A stretch of DNA of 63,976 nucleotides, counting the filler, from Craspedostauros australis (lineage: Eukaryota), in NCBI GenBank assembly GCA_030167865.1. It is 18 parts of 18 records of this genome, joined end to end, with 100 filler letters (N's around TTAATTAATTAA, not from the genome) between each part and the next. Parts side by side here need not be neighbours in the genome. Positions count along the whole stretch, not along the records: positions 24,685 to 28,483 come from JALAGF010003095.1; positions 28,584 to 30,798 come from JALAGF010003096.1; positions 30,899 to 33,262 come from JALAGF010003099.1; positions 33,363 to 34,975 come from JALAGF010003100.1; 14 more parts are not named here. One strand, 5' to 3'. A program made the translations under genes and the position numbers. Below, in pieces: positions 24,861 to 35,075 of this stretch; the first letter of the stretch is position 1, and each line of letters starts with the position of its first letter. The notes under the pieces were generated by a model. It worked only from the letters and a program-made list of their open reading frames with translations, had not been told where the DNA came from and searched no databases.

Positions 24861-26672
24861 CCTCATGGGCGACATTCGATGTAGTGGCGGCTTCTTGCAT
24901 TGATACTTGTGGTTGCATTTGGTGAATGGTGCTGGTGTTGCCTGGTGAGTGGAGTTGTTGTTGGAGATGGCAACAAATGTGTATGGCGTTCGATGCGTGG
25001 GGTGCTGTGTTTGATTTTGTTGTGTTCTCCAACTCGCGTCTTCCATCGACGCCCTTTCTCAGTGGATCCTGAAGTGCACATCGCAATGTGCTCATGATTT
25101 TGTCTTGGCACAGCAAAACGCTGACACTGTCACAGGGTGAGGCAAACTCGTGGGGGTGACATCACACACACCCTCTCCGCACGTTGTTTGCTGCAAACAG
25201 TGGAGGTGATGGCAAGGATCATGATTTCATATAATGGGTTTCTCGGCCAATCAGATCGCTTCATTTAGGGCCCAAGATACGTCTGAGCTCCTCAATGAAT
25301 TGCAGATCAACGTCTGCATAACGGCATTCCATGATCTACAGAATCCTGCGCTTGGTTGTGAACGCTTCTTGGACGCAGTTCACAATATCATGACAAGTTC
25401 GATACGCAATTCGTTTTGTCAATGGTGTCACAGGATTCAATTCCGTGAAGTCTGGTTTGTAAAAGATCCACAGGAATCATGGCTTGCAATTTGGGGTGCA
25501 CCAGGATGACCAGTTATGTAATGATGACCTGTATCGTCAGGACCAGTGTATGCAAGATCCGGTTTTGCTGGTTCGGATTGGCCCTATTGAAGGTCACAAG
25601 TGCTGCCACGTCGGTGGCACTTCGCGAACAATGGAACATTTCTGCGCGTTCGCAACCACATGGAGGCGCATTCTCCCCCTGTATTTGTTGGTCATTGCCA
25701 CGGCTATGCGGTTTGGGAAGCAGTGTTCACGAATATATTCGCTTGTTCCCAAGCCATCTCTAAGTGTTTCTGAAGGAGCGACACATGCCCAAGCTACAGT
25801 ACCCGTACGCACAAGATGGGAATGGGGGCATTCCAGGCATGAAACATACTTGCANNNNNNNNNNNNNNNNNNNNNNNNNNNNNNNNNNNNNNNNNNNNNN
25901 NNNNNNNNNNNNNTCACGTTTGGGTGCTGTTCTTTGTCATCCAAGATCTGTGATAAAAGCGGTCTTTCACACTGCAGAAAAGCATGTCTGGCTCCTTCAA
26001 TGATAGATCCTCCCACTCGTGTCACCTTCGGTATGCCTAGTCCTTCCTGTACAGAAAGGATTCATCCAAGAGAGCAGGGGGCACATGATCGCAGCGCCAA
26101 CATTTATCGTTTGACAATCAGTACATCACAGCCATGGCTTTGCATGGGTACAAGATAGTTGCAAATCAGTTCTCCTCTGACAGATAGTACTGCCTCTCCC
26201 TCTACCTTGTGTTTGCAAAATGCCATCTGCGCCTTTTGGGAGAAACAGAATTATGCGCGAGTATGACCCAAGAGTCCAAATCCTGCTTTGTTTGAGCACT
26301 TTGGAAGCAGAGATGAATCTTTTCGCATTTACCATGCCAATAGAGGGTGATAAATGCACTTGTGTAGACCAAATCCCAAATAGAGGCACTAGCTACCGCT
26401 TGGCACAAATCAATGTGACAATGAAAGTAGCGTAGGGGTGAGCGTATCTACAAACACTCTATTGGCGGCGGAAAATTGTCATAAATGACATTGAGTGATA
26501 CAAAGGTATTGCGAACAAACTACACAGAGCGCAATACATCACTTTGCAATCGTGATAGAGTACTCTGAGTACATGTTATGGCATGTCCTGGAATGATGTG
26601 TGTATGGATTGGTGAAAGGTAGTATTAGTATGAATGAAGAAAAGCATATTTCGCATCAATGTACTCTCTACC

Positions 26673-26820
26673 AAACTCAGTATCTTTTTTTTGCTCTCTT
26701 TCTCATTGATTGTTATACAGTCCATGTCAGTGAATGATTGTCCACAAAACTCAGTATTGTTTTGTTGCTCTCTTTCGCATTGATTGTTATACAGTCCGTG
26801 TCAGTGAATGATTGTCTAGA
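26673..26820. repeat. 74-bp tandem duplication (2 copies)
   Basis: AAACTCAGTAT...GTCAGTGAATGATTGTC at 26673 and 26747. Confidence 0.85.
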
Positions 26821-26868
26821 CAATCAAAAGAGCACGTTGCAAATAAAAGAATGTGTCATTCTCAACCA

Positions 26869-27246
26869 TCCACAACAAGAGTTTTTCGCCACAGATGGGA
26901 CTGTTCGCAAACTTTACTGTTCACAAACCAGGCATTGTGAGTTTGCGTATGTATGCAAAAACAAAGTTCAGACTGTTCCGCAAAGAACAACAATCCACAA
27001 CAAGAGTTTTTCCACCACAGATGGGATTGTTTGCAAACTTTACTGTTCACAAACCAGGTATTGTGAGTTTGCGTATGTATGCGAAAACAAAGTTCAGACT
27101 GTTCCGCAAAGAACAACAATCCATGACAAGAAATTTTCCACCACAGATGGGATTGTTCGCAAACTTTACTGTTCACAAACCAGGTATTGTGAGTTTGCGT
27201 ATGTATGCGAAAACAAAGTTCGGACTGTTCCGCGAAGAATGACGAT
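26869..27246. repeat. 126-bp tandem repeat, 3 copies
   Basis: ACAGATGGG anchors at 26891, 27017 and 27143; copies nearly identical. Confidence 0.92.
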
Positions 27247-27769
27247 TGCGTACAAAAAGGCATAAACATTGTAACCTCGTGATTGTGTGTTTATGGCTGT
27301 TTACTCCAGATTGTTTGTCTGTCTGTGTGTCTGTGCTGAACTGCCGGCGTCTGTCAGTTGAGGACACAGTTGGCCCACCCAACCTCCGAAGTTGACACCA
27401 ACCAAGACGAAAGGGCAGGGATGAACAGGGCTGAGATGTTGCAGGACCTCGGGGTTTGCTTGTTTAGCACAGGATCATCATCCAAGCAAGACCGATTTTG
27501 AGTGACAACCACGGCTGCAGAGATGGTTTCTTGTTCTGTGGCTGTTTATGCATATGGCTGTCTGTGTTTGTGTATGTTTGCTTGTGACTACCAAACAATC
27601 CACATTTTACTATATTTGTGTCTGTTTGTGTTCTTATACAGCCATAGAGTGCAACATAAGCCAAAAAGAGGCTTGTCACAATCTGTTGTGCATGGTCTGT
27701 TTGTGTATCCATTGATTTGCTTGTCTTTGGCTGTCAGTGTAGCTGTTATTTTTGGAATGGAGGAATACA

Positions 27770-28294
27770 GTTACGCAAACATCGTAATTGGCGGATAATA
27801 AAGTTACGCAAACATCGTAATTGGCGGATAATAAAGTTACGCAAACATCATAATTGGCGGATAACAAAGTTACGCAAACATCATAATTGGCGGATAACAA
27901 AGTTACGCAAACATCATAATTGGCGGATGATAAAGTTACACAAACATCATAATTGACGGATGATAAAGTTACACAAACATCGTAATTGACGGATAATAAA
28001 GTTACGCAAACATCGTAATTGACGGATTATAAAGTTACGCAAAGATGGTAATTGCCGGATAATAAAGTTACACAAACATCATAATTGACGGATAATAAAG
28101 TTACCCAAACATTGTAATTGACGGATAATAAAGTTACACAAACATTGTAATTGACGGATAATAAAGTTACCCAAACATCATAATTGGCGGATAATACGTT
28201 ACGCAAACATCGTAATTGGCGGAAAATAAAGTTACCAAACATCGTAATTGGCAGAAAATAAAGTTACCAAACATCGTAATTGGCGGAAAATAAA
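27770..28294. repeat. 33-bp minisatellite, ~16 copies (GTTACGCAAACATCGTAATTGGCGGATAATAAA)
   Basis: Head-to-tail copies without spacers, degenerating toward 28400. Confidence 0.95.
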
Positions 28295-28583
28295 GTTGGT
28301 GTACAATTAATCGTTGTTGCAGAGTAAATCGCATAAAGTTAATCATTGTTGCAGAATAAAGTTACGTAAGGTTATTCGTTGTCGCTGAGTAAACTTGCAT
28401 TAACACAGTTATTATAATCATTGCAGAACAGAGTATACTTTATCACATGGTGGAGCTCAGTGTAGAGTATTGTTTACTCTTTGNNNNNNNNNNNNNNNNN
28501 NNNNNNNNNNNNNNNNNNNNNNNNNNNTTAATTAATTAANNNNNNNNNNNNNNNNNNNNNNNNNNNNNNNNNNNNNNNNNNNN

Positions 28584-28957
28584 ATTCGTAGCTCACTTCG
28601 CGTCTTGGATCCACCTCGTGGATGATGGGCTCTTCGCTGAGCCACTCCGGGACGATCTCATCGTCCTGCACTTCGTCGTCACTTCCGACGCACTCGAAGT
28701 TATCGAAGAAGGAGTCGTCAATGTAGTTGTCGGACACCAACATGCAGAGCGGCATGTCCTTCGCCGAGAGTACCATCTCGTGCCCGCTCTTGTCGTGTCC
28801 TTTCGTTGTTGTGTTGACCTGTTCGTCGGTCTTCTTCTTCTCGTTGAGCTTCTTCTTTCGGCACTCCGCCTCGCGGTGTCCGAAGATGCCACAGTAGTTG
28901 CATTTCCCGTTGAAGCCGCTTCCTTTGTTGCGATTGTTGTTGCGCTTTCCGTTCATC

Positions 28958-28990
<33 letters not shown>

Positions 28991-30222
28991 TTCTTGTTGT
29001 TCGATTTCTTGCGTTCTGGACAATCGGCGGATCTATGACCATACACGCCACAGTTGTGGCAAGTACCCTTGAAGTTACCGGTGCTCGTGAAGCCAGTGTC
29101 GTTGCTCTTCGCATTGCTATCTTGGAAATCGTCGATGTACGCCTTGTCTCCTTGATGAGTGGCGTGTGCTGTGCGGAGTACTCCTCTGATCGCATTGATG
29201 GTGACCACTTCCGGATTGAACGTGAGTTGGTGTTGGAAGTTCACGATGTGAGTTCTGTACTCGTTGCTCACCGTGCTGAGGATTTGCATGATCATTTCCT
29301 CGTCCGTGATCTTGTACTTGACATCGTGGAGACGCGATCGTAGACCCTCGAGTCGCATGATGTAGATGTCGGGGTCTGTGTCTCTCTTCATCTTTTCGTT
29401 GTTGAATTGGCGCTTGAGTTTGATTTTCGTCGCTGCATCGGATGGTCGAAACTTCTCCGCGAGAACGTTCCACGCTGCGTGTGGATCTCCTTCGGGGTAG
29501 TCGTCGGAGACGCATTGGTTGATGTATTGGATGGCCTGCTTGCCTTTTCCTTTCTCTGCATCCATCATGAGGATCAGATCACTGAAGCAGTCGCATCCCA
29601 GTTCGTAGATCTCCTCCATCGCTTCCTTGGCTTCACCGGCGGCTGCCGCGATCTCGCTCACTGTTGGCACCTTGGTGTTGCCCAACATCACGTCTCTCGT
29701 CTTCTGTGTACGAGCGTATGCCTTCGCTTGGGACTCCCATGCGCTGTAGTCTTCCTGTTCACCGCTGAACATCGGCGCCTTGATACGTCGCTTGTTCATG
29801 TTGGCTGATGTCGCCATGTTGATTCGTTGTTTCGTTATTGGTGCGCTCGCGCCCTTGATTTCCGTTTGTTTCTGTGTTGTCGATTCTTCGATTTTCGCCT
29901 GTTGTTTCGCGGAGATTGTTTTCGTCACAAATTCTCCTCCTGGTGGTGTCTCACTTTTACCACTTCGTTTGGCTGTGCGAATGCTCTCCGTCACACCAGT
30001 CTCCTCTTGCTTGATCGTCTTGAGGATCCTCTCCTTCTCGCAATGTTGCCTTGCAGACCGTTCTTCTTTGGTCTCGTCGATAGCGCTTGCCTCTGCGCCT
30101 GATAGGACAGTAGCCGCAGCTGCTTCCTTCTCTTCTCGTGGTGGAGTCTCACTCGCACCTTCTTGTCTCTTGATAGTCGGATTGGACAGAGGGACGTCTC
30201 TCAATTCCTCTTCCTCGCTCAT
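28584..30222 (-). mobile_element. gag: Ty1/Copia gag (UBN2-like capsid region plus two CCHC zinc knuckles), 3'-truncated
   Basis: PMFSGEQEDYSAW, AWNVLAEKF, DPDIYIMRLEGLRSRL, CHNCGVYGHRSADC and CNYCGIFGHREAEC. Lies just downstream of an LTR. Confidence 0.92.
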
Positions 30223-30303
30223 TCAGCCTGCTGCTCTTGAATGATGTCGTCTTCCTCGCACGATCAGATCTGCGGGCTCGCCCTGATCTATCGTTTATAA
30301 ACG

Positions 30304-30798
30304 TGTTGGCAAGTACTGCTCACAGTAACCTACGATTGTGGAAGATGGTGTTGGTTGATAGTTGTTCGTTTGCTATTTCATTAGTTGGCTACTCCGATCC
30401 TCTTGGTGTACGCCGTTCTCTTGCCCGATGCTCTTGGTGCTTCAATCTGTTTCGTAGATTTGGTCTCCGACTATGAGTCGGTGTGCGAGATGCTCTCTTG
30501 CTCCTCTCTGTATTCTCTCTCTCTGTCTCAACATCGTGTACTCGTGGTACACGATACTCCGTGTTCGATACGTACTCCGCATTCCACATTCTGTTCATTC
30601 AGTACTGGCTCCTATTCCATGAGTACTCGCCATTTGAAGTTCACCTTCTGTATCCATGATGCTGATGCCTTTCGGTCATCGGATCTTCACCTCCTGCTCT
30701 GACTTGGAAACAGATGTCGACGTCAGTAGGCGTCCTTCTGCTCTCCAGATGTCACATTCCATTGGTGATGCAGTAGTCTGTCAGATGATATCGTCATC
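30304..30798 (-). mobile_element. 5' LTR (partial) of the Copia element above (LTR family A)
   Basis: Boundary TGTTGGCAAG at 30304 (…CA on the minus strand). Homologous to 30899-31444 and 59576-59912. Confidence 0.85.
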
Positions 30799-30898
30799 NN
30801 NNNNNNNNNNNNNNNNNNNNNNNNNNNNNNNNNNNNNNNNNNTTAATTAATTAANNNNNNNNNNNNNNNNNNNNNNNNNNNNNNNNNNNNNNNNNNNN

Positions 30899-31444
30899 GA
30901 TTCAGTCTCCGACTATGAGTCGGTACGCGAGATGCTCTCTCGCTCCTCTCTGTATTCTCTCTCTCTCTCTCAACATCGTGTGTTCATGCTGCACGATACT
31001 TCGTGTTCGATGCATACTCCGCATTCGACACTCCGTTCATTCAGTACTGGTTCCTACTCCATGAGTACTTACCATTTGAAGTTCACCTTCAGTATCCGTG
31101 ATGCTGATCCTCTTTGGGCATCGGATCTTCGCCTCCTGCTCTGACTTGGAGACAGATGTCGACATGGTGACACGATGACATCCTGTCGACGTCAGTAGGC
31201 GTCCTTCTGCTCTCCAGATGTCATGTTCCATTGGTGATGCAGCAGTCTGTTGGATGATATCGTCATCTGAGGTTTAGTTGGGAAGTACCTCAAGATTCTC
31301 TTGGTACCATTGATGGATGGATGGACGGACGATCTTCTAATTCTCTCAGAAATCGTTATTCGCAAATTTCTTTCAGAAATCTTGCTCATTTTTGTGTGTT
31401 CCGTTTCCACTGTGATTCTGACGAATCACAGCATACTATCGACA
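30899..31444 (-). mobile_element. LTR family A, second copy (partial); full LTR about 700 bp
   Basis: 30899-31270 aligns with 30458-30798. Probable outer terminus ...CTATCGACA at 31444 (TGTCGA on minus). Confidence 0.75.
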
Positions 31445-33362
31445 CGAGTGTAGTTATACCGTCCAAGTGCGTATGAGAGAATAGCGGGTGAACGATGCAC
31501 ATATACGCGTACATCTTGACGTATACTCACATGTACATCTCGACAAGTATAAAGCTAATTGTTTGTTTGAATCTACTTCTCTGAACTGTGAGCTCTTCAT
31601 TGCTCTCAGCTTCCAAAGTTCGATCTCCTCCTGAGATCTCCATGGGTCCATCTACTAGTCAAGCATACATCCATCTTGCATTCATCTCAAATTCATCATG
31701 CACATGCATGCACTACCAAGTTGCCCATGCCCATGCACTCATCACGTTGTCTTGCCTCAAATAGTTGTGTTAGCATAGGCATCGCTGAATCACAGGTGTG
31801 ACCTGACTCATTCCATTCGATCGGATCACAGTCTTCATGTTTCACAAGAACAGCTTGGACAATTGCTCCTGCAACTACTCATCCTAAGACAATCTCCGAT
31901 CCTCTCCGATCATTCACCAGTTCGTCGTCAGGGACTCGTTCACAAGACATCTCACACTTCGTGACACCGGCCTGTCTCAAATACTCTTTTCTTGTTTGTT
32001 GCGACATGGGGGCCGTAGTCGCATGTATTGTGATGCTGGTCACGAATCCAACATCGCCGTTCCCTGTGGCATTCGCGTGTGACTCCCATTCCTGCATCGA
32101 GGTCATGAATGTCACGATCTGGTTCGCATTCGGCACATGGCGTTCTTCACATCAAAACACGTGCAGCTCACAATTTTGGTGTGACAAAGATCCAAGGGAG
32201 AGGTGGGGGAATGTAGCGTTTTATGATGCTTGACTCCTCACATGTGGGAGTCGCGGTATTTTGGTGTTTCATAACACACGATTCCTGACATGATCACCAA
32301 GAGTCGATTCAGTTCAGTCGTGGTTGATACTATTGGGGGGTGCGGCAACCATGTGTACCTTGACAAAGTTGTACTCTCGATTCCCAACAGGCCCATTACA
32401 TTCATCACAACCTCGACCACACACAGCAAACTATTAGACTTCTACAAAATGAGGCCGGATAGAGTACTCTCCAGTGGACAGCTACTGAGTCGAGTAGATC
32501 ATGTAGTATACCCAAAGAGCTCTAACTGGTTGCACCCTCACACGATTTTCACCGTTACAGTCGCTCCCATTCTCTTGCGTCTTCTTTGGCTTTGGCTTTG
32601 CTTTGGTTAGTGCCCACCACAAAGTATTTCCATGACGGAGCCGGCACAGGACCATGAAGTCAATGGAACATCTTCGTTTGTGCTCCTGCCTTACCTATTT
32701 TCGCCCAAACTCTTTCTTTCGCCATCTCTGTGCAGCAAGCAAGCAGCCGTTTCTGCCCTCTCTCACCTTCATGGGACTCGACTGAAGCCAAACTCGAACG
32801 ACGTTTTGATTCTCATGGTCGCACAAATCAGACCTCCTTGGCAGGGCTCCACCACCACAGTCTCCATTCATGACAGACGAACACCCGACAGATCTCGTGG
32901 GCAATCGTTCTTGCATGACGATGGTGGTGTGTTGATAAACATGATGCCGCCACCACCACAGCATCCACCAGTGACCGTGTCCATCGAACTCAACGGCAAG
33001 CAATACGGCATTACACAAGGTGGTGGGACGGGCAGGTGTGGAGGCAAAGAAGAAGGCAATCATCGTCTGCTCCAGAAACGAGCAGAAGCTTCGATTGCTT
33101 GCCCCGATCTGTCGTCATCTACGGTTGTTGCTTTTGGGGTCATGCTGCGGCGCTTGGATACTCTGCCCCATGCTGAGGTTCCACCGCCATCGATACCTTG
33201 CCCTCCCACAATCGCCATGGACTGCAGCTTGTATTCTCTTCGTATCCCCACTCACCTTGTGCNNNNNNNNNNNNNNNNNNNNNNNNNNNNNNNNNNNNNN
33301 NNNNNNTTAATTAATTAANNNNNNNNNNNNNNNNNNNNNNNNNNNNNNNNNNNNNNNNNNNN

Positions 33363-34200
33363 GGGTCTCTCTACGAAGCATGCTTCAACCGTACCTCTAG
33401 TCCTATCACCACGGACAGGTTCAATCACCCCTCAGTTCCACGTCGTGTTCGATGACTGGTTCGCAACGATTGCTACCGACTTGAAGCAACTTCCAAGCTA
33501 TCAATTGGAAGAATGGACTCGCATGTTTGGTGACACTACCTTTCAATATCCATTTGATGACGACGATGTGGAATCAATGGAGCAGGACGACATCTTCGCA
33601 TCAGACACGCGAGACCACAACCGGTTACAACGCAACGACGATAACACTCCACCACCGAGTTTTGATACGCGAAACCAACAAACCATCCGTGAAAGAGCGC
33701 CACAGGTATTGGCGAAAGAGTCGCAACCAACGACACAGCAGATCCCGGATCTCATGAGTGAAACTCTCGCCCCTCCGATGCCAGTTTCAGAGGGAGCCAA
33801 CAGGCAAATGCCTTCGACAGAGGGAGCTACCGATGAGTCCCCGGTACTTGATCCTACTATAGAGTCACCGGACCAGCGAACACTTCAACCGCAATTGAGT
33901 TCACCTCTCCGAGAGTCGCCAATTTCAGAACCGGCAACTCCATTACCACCTCCATCTCCGACGCCAATTCAGATGAGCTCCACGCCAACCACGACGCCTA
34001 AGTCTGAGCCAACGCCGACAAGGCCTCGAAGCACGAGAAGTCGCAAACAACCAAAGCGATTCACGTACGCGCGTATGGGAGGCAAAGCAGCCTGGTTGGA
34101 CGACGAAGACACCGATGATTACTACTTCTGCCCCGCAGTAGCTACCTTGGAAGAAATTGAACAGGCCGCAATACCCAGGGAGTTGCACCCCGATTCGTCA
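33363..34200 (+). mobile_element. pol: Copia (CoDi-type) integrase C-terminus and linker; RT missing
   Basis: GLSTKHASTVPLVLSPRTGSITPQFHVVFDDWF, then a Pro/Ser-rich linker and RRSxRxRKxPxR-like RSTRSRKQPKRF. Confidence 0.85.
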
Positions 34201-34433
34201 TCGATCATCACATTCTCACAAGCTGTCGTCGATTGCCTACATACAATCGAACCTCTCCAACGCAAAGGCAGCGACTCTCTCTCTCCATCGACCTACACCA
34301 ATTCAAGGTGGACGCTCACTACTTGTTGCGCAGACTTCGAGTTCGATTCAATACGTTGAATCCGCAACCAACCAACATCGTCCTTCCAACATTCGCCCCA
34401 AAGCCGGCTGAAGCAGAAGAAGCAAGCATCAAC

Positions 34434-34975
34434 ATGGCCGACTGGTGGCAACCGGACCCCGACGACATGACCGAGGAAGGAGCGACTCCATTTCAGGAGA
34501 CGTACAACAACTTCCACTCGGACATGGAGGATCATTTCGAGAAATACCTCAACAGCGTCTTTCTCAACGAAGACCTCCTCCGACTGGCCACTGACCACGC
34601 CGTCGAGCAGTTTGTGGAGAAGCTGAGTACCTTCATCAGCACAGGCACGATGGAACCCCGCTTCGACACTCTCGACTTCATGTCCAAGGCCAAATCAGGG
34701 CCATGGTACTACCAAGACCCCGAGCATTTGATGAACCAAGGGTACCTTCCACCCAAATCTGCGTACAGCGCAGAAGCGTTCGTCCAAAGGACTCGCTCCG
34801 TGTGGAACGCGATGATCGAAAATCATCATTACCGTCTCGCATTCGAGCTACTCCGTCGCCAGGTGACGACGATCCGACCAGGACCGTGGCTACTTCCAAG
34901 CGAATACGAGATTGAGCAATTCGTCCAAGGCATGATTGAGTCGAACACGGCGCCACTCACTTCGGCCCCAGCGAC
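34434..34975 (+). CDS. Unknown ORF (MADWWQPDP...), 3'-truncated, inside or adjacent to the Copia remnant
   Basis: ATG in AACATGG context, ~180 open codons with globular composition. No recognised domain. Confidence 0.5.
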
Positions 34976-35075
34976 NNNNNNNNNNNNNNNNNNNNNNNNN
35001 NNNNNNNNNNNNNNNNNNNTTAATTAATTAANNNNNNNNNNNNNNNNNNNNNNNNNNNNNNNNNNNNNNNNNNNN

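Noticed and set aside
27770..28294. CRISPR array (33-bp repeats)
   Set aside because: Units are head-to-tail with no unique spacers, there are no cas genes, and the context is eukaryotic.
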